Assembly (NCBI GenBank): GCA_965222375.1
Contig: CBDCTZ010000005.1
Location: 64,001-128,000 of the forward strand
Length of the DNA: 64,000 bases
Reading direction: 5' to 3'
Source of the DNA: Polyangiaceae bacterium
GTDB taxonomy: Bacteria; Myxococcota_A; Polyangia; Polyangiales; Polyangiaceae
How positions within the stretch are numbered: position 1 is the stretch's first letter; each line of letters opens with the position of its first letter. Shown here one piece after another: positions 49,346 through 57,863 of the stretch. Made by a program: the position numbers and the translations under genes. The notes under the pieces are model-generated. The model made no database searches and had not been told where the DNA came from. It saw nothing but the letters and a program-made list of their open reading frames with translations.

Positions 49346-50224
49346 ATGAGTGATCTCGACGATCTCGACGATCTGTGGGACACCACCACAGACGACGACG
49401 AGGCCGTTGCGGCGAAGCCCAAACCATCGCCTGGCAAGGGTGCTGCTAGCGGGGTGGCCAGCGTGCCTCCCCCGGCGATACCGGATCTGGACAACGCCTG
49501 GGGCAGCCCCTCCGCACCGGCCGTAACCCGGGCCATCCCGAAGAACCCCACGCCGAGCGTGACCGGCAGCTCCCAGGCGCCTCTGCCAACCACGGCGGCG
49601 CGAGCGGAAAAGCCGGCGCTACCGACCGTAAAGGTGGCAAGCCGCGCTGCTGTAGCCGCAGCCACTACTCCACGCCCCGACTTGCGCCAGCCCCGCCCCC
49701 AGCCTACGGCATCGGGTCGAGGCTCCTTCGCTGCCAGGCCCGCCGGAGCGAGCGCCGAAACCCCGCAACCCGCGTCCAAGCGCCCTAAGCTCACCAAGCG
49801 CGCCAAGCGGGCCCTCAAGCGCAAGGCACAGGTGACTGGAAAAAGGGCCCGCAACCAGGCGAAGCAAGCGCGGCGGAAGCAGCGCCAACATGAGCGCGAG
49901 GCGGCTCACGAGGAAGCGGTTCTGCGGGCCAAGGAGACCCAGGAGGCCAGGCGCGTCGAAGTTGAAAAGCAGAAACACACCAAACCCAAGCCTGCGGCGA
50001 AAGCCAAGAGCAGGGCGAAACCCAAGCGGAACCGCAAGCGCCCCGCGGCCCCGGGCGCAAGAGATACGGCACCAGACAACGAACTGGACAAGGCGCCTGA
50101 CGCTGGGCCCCGTTCGAGCACGGGCCCCACACCGGAACGGGCGAGCCCGAAAGCACTGCTCGCATTCATCGCTGTGGCTGTGATCGTTGCGGTGGTCGCC
50201 ATTGTCGCTGGCAGCAGCAAGTAG
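49346..50224 (+). CDS. Low-complexity Pro/Ala/Lys-rich protein with C-terminal membrane anchor
   Basis: Acidic DLDDLW N-terminus, basic middle and a C-terminal TM helix. Fits between gltA and the next gene. Confidence 0.65.
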   Translation: MSDLDDLDDLWDTTTDDDEAVAAKPKPSPGKGAASGVASVPPPAIPDLDNAWGSPSAPAVTRAIPKNPTPSVTGSSQAPLPTTAARAEKPALPTVKVASRAAVAAATTPRPDLRQPRPQPTASGRGSFAARPAGASAETPQPASKRPKLTKRAKRALKRKAQVTGKRARNQAKQARRKQRQHEREAAHEEAVLRAKETQEARRVEVEKQKHTKPKPAAKAKSRAKPKRNRKRPAAPGARDTAPDNELDKAPDAGPRSSTGPTPERASPKALLAFIAVAVIVAVVAIVAGSSK

Positions 50225-50239
50225 GCATCTGGCGCTCCG

Positions 50240-50653
50240 ATGACCAGCTACCGTCGACGCAGCCATACCTGCCCCGCATGTGGAGGCGTGATGCAGCTGC
50301 AGGAGACCACTGCGTCGGCGCTAGACATCTGCGCAGACTGCGGTGGGGTATGGATGGACTGGTTCGATGGCAACCCGATCGCGACCGCGAAGACCCTGCG
50401 GCAGCACTCCGGCACCCGACCAGCCAAACCCGGAGATTGGAGCTGCCCCGAGTGCCGCGTTCCGATGACGCAGAGTCGCTACCCCAGCGAAGCCGACGGT
50501 GCCTGGGTGGCGCGTTGCGGGACGTGCGCAGGCACCTTCGTGGCCGCCTCTGAGCTTCAGACTCTTGCCCGCGCCCCTTCGGCGGTCGAATCAAGTGACA
50601 ACGGTTGGCTGCGGGAGCTGATCGCCTCGATTGCCGCATGGATTCAGCGCTAA
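50240..50653 (+). CDS. Double zinc-ribbon (zf-TFIIB-like) protein
   Basis: CPAC...CADCGGVWMD and CPEC...CGTCAGTF..SEL. Confidence 0.75.
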   Translation: MTSYRRRSHTCPACGGVMQLQETTASALDICADCGGVWMDWFDGNPIATAKTLRQHSGTRPAKPGDWSCPECRVPMTQSRYPSEADGAWVARCGTCAGTFVAASELQTLARAPSAVESSDNGWLRELIASIAAWIQR

Positions 50654-50654
50654 T

Positions 50655-50670
50655 TGGCATGCCGCTTGCT
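50655..50670 (+). promoter_or_regulatory. sigma54 (-24/-12) promoter
   Basis: TGGCATG-CCGC-TTGCT versus consensus TGGCACG-N4-TTGCW: exact spacing, one mismatch. Confidence 0.65.
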
Positions 50671-50699
50671 TTAGGATCACGCGCCGTGCCACGCGAGAC

Positions 50700-50727
50700 T
50701 TGCATTTTCGCCAGCTCGTGTTATAGT
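50700..50727 (+). promoter_or_regulatory. sigma70-type promoter with extended -10
   Basis: TTGCAT (50700-50705), 16-nt spacer, TATAGT (50722-50727) preceded by TGn. Confidence 0.6.
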
Positions 50728-50735
50728 TTTCTCAT

Positions 50736-50935
50736 CTTGGCCGTCGCGTGGGCGTCTTCATGGTGAGGAGTTCCGACAGCCGGGGCTAGCGCCGCCCAAC
50801 CGGGTTGGGTGCGTTCAAAGCGGCGCGTGGGTGCCACCACCGATACCGTATCAGGCCAACAAGAAGCCGAACGGCCGAGCAAGGTCTCACCCCCCCGAAG
50901 CCATGGATTCGCCCCAAAATCTACCAAGTTGGAGG
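50736..50935 (+). ncRNA. Candidate structured 5' leader or sRNA
   Basis: Complementary segments GGGCG/CGCCC, TTCATGG/CCATGGA, GGTGAG/CTCACC, GCGCCGC/GCGGCGC and CCAAC/GTTGG lie between the promoters and a GGAGG SD. Confidence 0.4.
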
Positions 50936-50943
50936 TTTTCCAC

Positions 50944-51951
50944 ATGAGCACAGAAGCCGAAGCCAGCGACATGCCCGTCGTGCCCGCCCTTTTCCGGCAT
51001 CGCAAGCGCAAGGACTGGGGACGAGCGATTTTGGCCTGGGACCGGACGGTCAAGCGGGCCTATCAGTTCGAAGACGGGGAACTCCGCATCATGGCCGAGG
51101 GGTTCTTCGGCATGATGGAGGAAATCGACGTGCCAGCCGATGAGGCCCGAAATGTAGTCCGGACCCTCGTGGGGCACCTCGATGCCGGCGAAGCCCGCCG
51201 CATTCTGCGCTCCCAGGGCGGAGGCGCCAGCATGAGCCTTCAGGACCAGATCGGGCTGTTCAAGGCGATGTTCCCGGCCGGATTCCAGGATCCGCAGTGG
51301 CTCGCCAAGACCCGCGGCGAAGGTGCGAAGCGCCATCTCAAGCGCCACCGCAATCGCGTGATCACGGACGCCAAGGAAATGCTCGGCAAGGAGAACCTCA
51401 ATCGCCTGCTCATGGAGCACAAGGCAACCGAGGTCGTCGAAGCCGCGGAGTCCATCATGTCACGGACGGATCTCGTGACCGCCGCTCAGCTGAAGCCTTT
51501 CAGCAGCGTCTCCCCGAAGAACCACCCGGAGCTCGCCAAGGGGATCCAAGAGTTCCTATACGGCAGCCACGGAGACGCCGAGCGGGTCACCGCTTGGGTC
51601 CAGCTCCTCACGCGCGTCATGGGTGCCCCACCCGCCTGGCAGCTCGCCACGGTTCTGCTGGGCTTGGTACGCGCCGAAGAGCATGTGCCGGTGCGCCCCA
51701 CGAGCTTCCGGGACCAGGCCCGCTACATGGCTCCTCGGGTCACCTGTTCCAACTCCCCTGACGGCGCGACCTATGCTCGCCTGCTGTCGATGACCCATGC
51801 GGTTCGGGACCGGCTCCTCGAGGCGGATCTGAAGCCCGCTGACTTCGTGGATGTTCACGACTTCATCCGCGTCACCCTTGGCTCGACCGCTCGAGCCAAA
51901 TGGGACGAAGCCAAGAAGAGCATCGAGGCAGAGGGCGCCGCGGCGGCCTGA
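50944..51951 (+). CDS. Hypothetical protein resembling DUF3553-containing proteins (N-terminal H..R.DWG small beta domain plus conserved helical domain)
   Basis: GGAGG SD at 50931. FRHRKRKDWG, MFPAGFQDP, FLYG, WQLAT, TYARLL and LKPADFVDVHDF. Confidence 0.8.
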   Translation: MSTEAEASDMPVVPALFRHRKRKDWGRAILAWDRTVKRAYQFEDGELRIMAEGFFGMMEEIDVPADEARNVVRTLVGHLDAGEARRILRSQGGGASMSLQDQIGLFKAMFPAGFQDPQWLAKTRGEGAKRHLKRHRNRVITDAKEMLGKENLNRLLMEHKATEVVEAAESIMSRTDLVTAAQLKPFSSVSPKNHPELAKGIQEFLYGSHGDAERVTAWVQLLTRVMGAPPAWQLATVLLGLVRAEEHVPVRPTSFRDQARYMAPRVTCSNSPDGATYARLLSMTHAVRDRLLEADLKPADFVDVHDFIRVTLGSTARAKWDEAKKSIEAEGAAAA

Positions 51952-51975
51952 GTCAGCGCCTGCTCTGGGCTGAAG

Positions 51976-52010
51976 GCGCGAGTCGTGGCATTGGCCACGG
52001 CTCGCGTTTT
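51976..52010 (+). terminator. Rho-independent terminator
   Basis: 14-bp stem GCGCGAGTCGTGGC-attg-GCCACGGCTCGCGT followed by TTT. Confidence 0.8.
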
Positions 52011-52066
52011 ACATTTGTCACCCTTCAATCCTCCACGGCATACATTGACGCCTTGGACGGCCGACC

Positions 52067-54334
52067 ATGAACGAACCACCCAACCCAAACGCGGCCGACG
52101 AGCCTCGGGACTTCATTCGCGAGATCGTCGAAACCGACCTCGCTGCGGGGCGCCATGAACGGATTGCGACGCGATTCCCACCGGAGCCCAACGGCTACCT
52201 GCACATTGGCCATGCCAAGAGCATTTGCCTTAACTTCGGTATTGCCTTGCAGTTCGACGGCGCCTGCCACCTGCGCATGGACGACAGCAACCCGACCACC
52301 GAGGACGAAGAATACGTTCGCGCCATTCAGCGCGACGTCCGCTGGCTGGGATTCGATTGGGGCGAGCACGAGTACTTCGCCTCCAACTACTTCGAAAGGC
52401 TGTACGAGCTCGCCGAGGGACTGATCCAAGACGGCCACGCCTACGTTGACAGCTCCACCGAGGAGGAGATCCGTGAGCACCGCGGCACCATTACCGAGGC
52501 CGGCGCGCCCACGCCCTACCGAGACCGGAGCGCAGAGGAAAGCCTCGACATGTTCCGGCGCATGCGTAGCGGGGAGTTCGCCGACGGCGCGCATGTCTTG
52601 AGGGCACGCATCGATCTGGCCGCGCCCAACATGAAGATGCGAGACCCGCTGCTGTATCGCATTCGGCATGCGCACCACTACCGAACCGGCGACACCTGGT
52701 GCATCTACCCCCTCTACGATTTCGTCCACCCCTTGAGCGATGCCATGGAGGGCATCACGCACTCGATTTGCACCTTGGAGTTCGAGAACAATCGAGAGCT
52801 CTATGATTGGGTCATCGAGCACTGCCGGGTGGACGCACGTCCGCGCCAGTACGAATTCGCCCGCCTCAACCTGACCTACACGGTGATGAGCAAGCGCAAG
52901 CTGCTCGAGCTGGTGCAGAAGGGACACGTGCAAGGCTGGGACGATCCCCGCATGCCCACCCTCGCCGGCATGCGCCGCCGCGGCATCACCCCCGAGGCCA
53001 TTCGCAAGTTCTGCGATCGCATCGGGGTTGCGAAAAACAACAGTACCGTGGACGTTGCACTCTTCGAGCACACTCTGCGCGATGATCTCAGTCCACGCTC
53101 ACCAAGAATGATGGCCGTGATGGATCCCCTCGAGGTCGTCATCGATGGCCTGCCCCCGGACACGGCCATGGAGCTGGAAGCGCCCCTCTGGCCACCGGAC
53201 ATCGGAAAACCCGGCAGCCGCATGCTGCCGCTGTGCAACCGTCTGTTCATCGAGCGCGATGACTTCAGCGAAAACCCGCCCAAGGGCTTTCACCGCCTCG
53301 CACCCGGCGCAAAGGTACGGCTCCGCCACGCCGACGTGATCCGCTGCGATCGGGTGGAAAGGGACGCCGCAGGCAAAGTGACACGTCTGCACTGCAGCGC
53401 CGTTGCGGAGACGGAGCCCGGCAAACGGGTCAAGGGCACCATCCATTGGGTGAGCGCCGAGCACGCCAAACCCGTGCGGGTCGCGGTCTACGACCGTCTA
53501 TTCCGATGCGAACATCCCGGCGCCGAGAGCGGCGACCCCCTCATGGATCTGAACGAGCACTCACTGACCCACACCACAGCCTGGGCCGAACCCGCCGTGG
53601 AAGCGTTAGCTCCGGGCAGCCACGTTCAGTTCGAACGGCTCGGCTACTTCTTCGTGGATGAAGCTGACGGCAAAAAACAGCTCAACCGCACCGTGGCCCT
53701 CAAGGACTCCTGGGCGAAGACCCAAGCCCGCGGAAAGCCTGCTGCCGCCAAAGCTCGAGCCAAGCCTCAACAAGCGAAGGTCGACCCGAAGGGCAAGGAG
53801 CCCCTGGGCTCTGCCGCCCAGGCGCTTCTGAGCAAGCACGGCATTTCCGCGGAGGATGCCCGGGTGCTGGGCGACGACTCGGCCTTGGCGAGCTTCTTCG
53901 AGCAAGCTCTGAGCCATCACGACAGCGCAAGCACCTTGGCAAGCTGGCTGGTCAACGAACTCCCCGGCGATCATCGTGGCAGCGCGCTCGCCGAGTTGCC
54001 CTTCGGGCCCAAGGAGTTCGCGCAGCTCGTCGGTCTGGTGGACGACAGCACGATTACCGGCGCGGCGGGCAAGAAGATCCTGCGCATCCTCATCGAAGCC
54101 GGCGGATCCCCCACGCAGATCGTGGACGAACGGGGTCTGCGGCAAATCGCCGACAGCTCCGAGCTACTGCCCGTGATCGAGCGCGTCTTGAACGCCAACA
54201 CCGAGACGGTGCAGCGCTATCGCGACGGCAATACCAAGCTCTTGGGGGCCTTCGTCGGGATGGTGATGCGCGAAACCCGCGGCAAAGCCAACCCAAAACT
54301 CGTCGACCGCATGCTGCGAGACAAGCTGAGCTAG
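52067..54334 (+). CDS. glnS: Glutamine--tRNA ligase with C-terminal GatB/YqeY domain
   Basis: TRFPPEPNGYLHIGHAK, CTLEF, MSKR, GWDDPRMPT and QFERLGYF motifs. C-terminal GLRQIAD...YRDG..KL.G.FVG.VM..T.GKANP. Confidence 0.95.
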   Translation: MNEPPNPNAADEPRDFIREIVETDLAAGRHERIATRFPPEPNGYLHIGHAKSICLNFGIALQFDGACHLRMDDSNPTTEDEEYVRAIQRDVRWLGFDWGEHEYFASNYFERLYELAEGLIQDGHAYVDSSTEEEIREHRGTITEAGAPTPYRDRSAEESLDMFRRMRSGEFADGAHVLRARIDLAAPNMKMRDPLLYRIRHAHHYRTGDTWCIYPLYDFVHPLSDAMEGITHSICTLEFENNRELYDWVIEHCRVDARPRQYEFARLNLTYTVMSKRKLLELVQKGHVQGWDDPRMPTLAGMRRRGITPEAIRKFCDRIGVAKNNSTVDVALFEHTLRDDLSPRSPRMMAVMDPLEVVIDGLPPDTAMELEAPLWPPDIGKPGSRMLPLCNRLFIERDDFSENPPKGFHRLAPGAKVRLRHADVIRCDRVERDAAGKVTRLHCSAVAETEPGKRVKGTIHWVSAEHAKPVRVAVYDRLFRCEHPGAESGDPLMDLNEHSLTHTTAWAEPAVEALAPGSHVQFERLGYFFVDEADGKKQLNRTVALKDSWAKTQARGKPAAAKARAKPQQAKVDPKGKEPLGSAAQALLSKHGISAEDARVLGDDSALASFFEQALSHHDSASTLASWLVNELPGDHRGSALAELPFGPKEFAQLVGLVDDSTITGAAGKKILRILIEAGGSPTQIVDERGLRQIADSSELLPVIERVLNANTETVQRYRDGNTKLLGAFVGMVMRETRGKANPKLVDRMLRDKLS

Positions 54335-56018
54335 AGACCCGATCAAATTCTAGCGGCGGCGTCGAAATACAAAGCAAGTTCGATCGCTTAGAAGCCAGGA
54401 TCGACGCGCCGGGCGTGTAGTGATCAAACGGGGTCAGGAGGACCCCATGGAGATCTGGAAGGCGCCGGTCGAGCTGTCGCGTGGTGAGAAGTTCATCGCA
54501 AAGCGATGTGCGAAACGCAGAGTATTCGTATTCCTGCGCGAGCTGCGACATAGGATTTTTGACGAAGAGATGCAGGCGAAGCTGACGGAGGCATATTCGC
54601 CCGTGGAGCGGGGGCGTGGTCGCGTCCCGCCTGCTCAACTCGGCCTTGCGATGTTGCTGCAGGCCGCGCTGCGTGTGCCCGACCACGAGGTGGTTGAGCT
54701 TACGTTGATGGATCGCCGCTGGCAAATGGTGCTCAACTGTGCGGGAATCGAAGTGCCGCTCTTCTCGCAAGGCACGTTTTACAACTTTCGCCAGCGCGTC
54801 ATTGCGCATGGGCTCGACGAGCTGCTCTTCAACAAGACGGTCGAACTCGCACGCGAGACGGGCGGATTCAGTGCAACGCACCTGCGTGCTGCATTCGACG
54901 CCAGCCCACTATGGGGCGCGGGTCGCGTCGAGGACACCTTCAATCTCATCGGGCGCGCCTCGCTACACGTCGTTCGCACGGCAGCGCGGCGGCTCGGTCA
55001 ACCCGTCGACAAGGTCGCGGCTGCTGCGGGGATCCCAGTACTCAACGCCACCAGCATCAAGACAGGGCTCGACATCGACTGGGACGACCCTGGGGCGCGC
55101 ACCAAGGCGCTCGGTCGACTGCTCAAGCAGGTACAGTCACTCGGCCGCTTTCTCGAAAAAGAGCTGACGAAACCGCTGAAAGAAGCGCCGCTGGCCGGGC
55201 AGTGGGCACTGGTGGAAAAGCTCGTCTCGCAGGACACCGAGCCCGATCCAGACGGGGACGGAGGGAGCCGGATCACACGCGGCGTGGCGAAGGACCGACG
55301 CATTAGCGTGAGTGACCCCGACATGCGTCATGGCCGCAAGAGCAAGAAGAAACGCATCGACGGCTACAAGCGACACATCGCGATACAGCTCGATACGCCC
55401 GGCATCATCTGCGCCGTCGCGATCACCCCCGCGAATCGTCCTGAACGTGTCGCTTCGGCAGAATTACTCGAACAGTGCGGCTCCGTTTCAGAACTCTACA
55501 TCGATCGAGGCTACCTTGGCGACGATGCGATCGAATCCCGTCGCGCCGAAGGAACAGAGGTTTTCTGCAAACCGTTTCCGTTGCGCAACGGCGGGCGCTT
55601 CACCAAGGCCGATTTCAAGCTCGATCTGGCTGCGGGAATCGCCCGTTGTCCCGAAGGCGTTGCGGTTAAAGCGAGCGCTGGCTCCGTCGCTCGCTTCCCA
55701 GCTGCCCGCTGCGATGTATGTCGCAGCCGCGACGACTGCACGCGCGCCGCCCCGGGGCGTGGCCGCAGCGTCACGCTACACCCCCATGAGCCCTTCCACA
55801 TCCAGCTGCGCGAAAACGCCCGCACGCGCGAAGGCCGCGCCCGCCTTCGCAAGCGTACTGCCGTCGAACACAGCCTCGCGACCCTGCATAACCGCCAAGG
55901 CGACCGTGCTCGCTACCGTGGTCAGCGCAACAACCTCTTCGACCTCCGCCGGCACGCTGCTCTCAGCAACCTGAGCGTTATCGATCAGTTGCGAGTTGCC
56001 GCTTAAGTGGTCAGGCCC
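54335..56018 (+). mobile_element. Insertion sequence, IS1182-like, ~1,684 bp, CTAG target duplication
   Basis: CTAG at 54331-54334 and 56019-56022. Imperfect terminal IRs AGACCCGATCA vs GGGCCTGACCA (7/11 identical, the rest transitions). Single transposase. Confidence 0.85.
54447..56006 (+). CDS. IS1182-family DDE transposase
   Basis: DUF772-like N-terminus (GR..VPP..L), FDASPL, SVSDPDMRHGRK...GYK.H, YIDRGY, CPEG, C..C....C and R..VEH. Confidence 0.9.
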   Translation: MEIWKAPVELSRGEKFIAKRCAKRRVFVFLRELRHRIFDEEMQAKLTEAYSPVERGRGRVPPAQLGLAMLLQAALRVPDHEVVELTLMDRRWQMVLNCAGIEVPLFSQGTFYNFRQRVIAHGLDELLFNKTVELARETGGFSATHLRAAFDASPLWGAGRVEDTFNLIGRASLHVVRTAARRLGQPVDKVAAAAGIPVLNATSIKTGLDIDWDDPGARTKALGRLLKQVQSLGRFLEKELTKPLKEAPLAGQWALVEKLVSQDTEPDPDGDGGSRITRGVAKDRRISVSDPDMRHGRKSKKKRIDGYKRHIAIQLDTPGIICAVAITPANRPERVASAELLEQCGSVSELYIDRGYLGDDAIESRRAEGTEVFCKPFPLRNGGRFTKADFKLDLAAGIARCPEGVAVKASAGSVARFPAARCDVCRSRDDCTRAAPGRGRSVTLHPHEPFHIQLRENARTREGRARLRKRTAVEHSLATLHNRQGDRARYRGQRNNLFDLRRHAALSNLSVIDQLRVAA

Positions 56019-56029
56019 CTAGCGATAGA

Positions 56030-56938
56030 TCAATGTTTGTTTGGGGTCGGTTCGCGGGCGCCCGCAGGGCCACTACTCCCGCGCGGGGCCATGCAACAGC
56101 GAAAGCCCGTCGTGTAGTCGTGGTAGGTGGCCTGGTGTCCCGGCGTGAGGTAGGTGCACCCTTCTCCATGCTCGGCCACGGTGCTGTAGAAGCCGCCCAT
56201 GAAGATCGCGTTACCTCGGTTGATACGGATCTTGCCCACGATGTCTTCGAGCACGGGCAGTTTCGTCGGCAAGGTCTCGTCGACGATGTCGCTGACCCAC
56301 TCGTGTACGTTGCCCACCATGTCGTAGGTCCCGGCGTCGCTGGCACAACGACCGTAAGTGCCCGTCTTGGCCAGAAAGCCAGGCTCGGCGTTCAGCCGTG
56401 GACTGTTGAAGTGGGAAACCAACGTCCAACGCCGAGAATCGCGACCGAAGAGTCGGCCCAGCAGATGCGGCTTGCCGTTGTTGCATCGCTCCGCTTCGGC
56501 TTGGCGACCCCAGGGGTACACGCCTTTCGAGCTACCCCGGCAGGCGCGATACCATTCGACCAGGCTACACAATCGCTTGCCCGCCACGGAACAGGCCTGC
56601 GCCGCTTCAACCCGGCTCAGATATGCCTGCGGGAACACACCCGGCGACGAGCGTGCGGCATAGCGCTGCCCAGTCGAGGGCCGCTTCGTATGGGGGTGAG
56701 GCGTAGACGCGGCGGTCTTGCCTGTCACCGGTACCAGGTGCGCTTCCCAACGATCTACGCACGTCCCGGCAACGAGGGCCATCTCCTCCGGGCATGGCGG
56801 TGGAGCAGTCGCGCGATGGCTTGGAGCACGGCTCGTAGCGCGGCGATCCTCAGTGCGGGCCAGTCGCGCCTCAGCGGTCGCGCAGCCCGTGGTGGCTACG
56901 ACCGAAAGCGAAACGACCAACCTCGCCCTTGGGCCCAT
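56030..56938 (-). CDS. FGE/SUMF1-domain lipoprotein
   Basis: TGC lipobox, CPEEM, CVDRWE, GKRLCS..EW..AC, YDMVGNVHEW and GFRCC. Confidence 0.88.
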   Translation of the reverse strand: MGPRARLVVSLSVVATTGCATAEARLARTEDRRATSRAPSHRATAPPPCPEEMALVAGTCVDRWEAHLVPVTGKTAASTPHPHTKRPSTGQRYAARSSPGVFPQAYLSRVEAAQACSVAGKRLCSLVEWYRACRGSSKGVYPWGRQAEAERCNNGKPHLLGRLFGRDSRRWTLVSHFNSPRLNAEPGFLAKTGTYGRCASDAGTYDMVGNVHEWVSDIVDETLPTKLPVLEDIVGKIRINRGNAIFMGGFYSTVAEHGEGCTYLTPGHQATYHDYTTGFRCCMAPRGSSGPAGAREPTPNKH

Positions 56939-56988
56939 CGCGCCAGTGTTTCACAGGGGCGCGCACGAAGCGAGGAATGTGCGCCGCC

Positions 56989-57813
56989 TCAACGTTTGCG
57001 CAAAACAATCCGTAGCGTCACCCGCCGATCCTTCGGGTTCGGTGGTGGCGCCTCGGTTCCGGCGCCGAACACGTTTTGCGTGACGGCAATGGTCATCAGC
57101 CGTGCGCCGTCGATGCCGGCTGCGATCAGCGCGTCCTTGACCGCTTGTGCGCGCTGTTGCGCCAGGGCGTGAGACTCACCTGGTGTCAGCTGGCCCACCA
57201 CGGCAACACATTCGACGCTCGCGTCCGAGCTGAGCTTGCCGGCCACCGCCGCGATCTGCGGCGCCGCGCTCTCCTCGATCTTGGACGAGCTCTCGGCGAA
57301 AAGGATGATCTCCGACATGGTCTCGCTCGCGCCCAAGTCGTTGCGCACCCGGTCTTGGGTTGCGTGGTTTTCGATCTGTGCGCAACCCGTGGGGCCCGTC
57401 GCCGTGGCCCCACCGGCGACGGGTTGGAACGGCGGAACGTTGACGGCCAGCTTGCCCGGAACGCACTGTTCCGGTGGAGGCGGCACCATGTGACACTGAG
57501 TCGGCGAGTGCCGCTGCAGGTGCTCCCGGGCCACGATTTCTTGGTTCGCCATCACTTGGATCTCTTCCCGCAAATCCGGTGGGGTGAAGTTGGGGTACTT
57601 CTGGTTCGGAATCGGTGCATACATCACCTCGAGGATGACGTGGGGCGCCGGGAACTCCGCCTCTCGAACCTTGGTGACTGCCTCGAGCTGGCACTGCCCC
57701 TCCCAGCGCTCGGAGGCACAGGTGACTTGGCTTGGGCCACCGCACGACGCGTGGAGGATCCCGAGGGTGGCAGTTGCGAAGATGAACCCAGACACAGATC
57801 GAAGAAGCGCCAT
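56989..57813 (-). CDS. OmpA-like peptidoglycan-binding domain lipoprotein
   Basis: ASC lipobox after a hydrophobic stretch. ILFAESSS, LAQQRAQAVKDALIAAGIDGARL and DRRV. ATG at 57813. Confidence 0.8.
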   Translation of the reverse strand: MALLRSVSGFIFATATLGILHASCGGPSQVTCASERWEGQCQLEAVTKVREAEFPAPHVILEVMYAPIPNQKYPNFTPPDLREEIQVMANQEIVAREHLQRHSPTQCHMVPPPPEQCVPGKLAVNVPPFQPVAGGATATGPTGCAQIENHATQDRVRNDLGASETMSEIILFAESSSKIEESAAPQIAAVAGKLSSDASVECVAVVGQLTPGESHALAQQRAQAVKDALIAAGIDGARLMTIAVTQNVFGAGTEAPPPNPKDRRVTLRIVLRKR

Positions 57814-57863
57814 GGGCAGACTGTAGCCCAGGCGCGCCTGAGGAAAAGACGGCAACCGCGAAA

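Noticed and set aside
50676..50691. Reverse-strand TGGCACG as a second sigma54 promoter
   Set aside because: The -12 position reads GTGA rather than TTGC, and it would point into the 3' end of a + strand gene.
50775..50790. GACAGCCGGG resembling the 3' end of a GEMM-I (c-di-GMP/cGAMP) riboswitch
   Set aside because: The upstream GCAAA and GNRA tetraloop/receptor elements are absent.
50736..50935. Retron msr-msd, SRP, tmRNA or RNase P identity for the structured leader
   Set aside because: There is no reverse transcriptase in the window, and I found none of the diagnostic conserved motifs.
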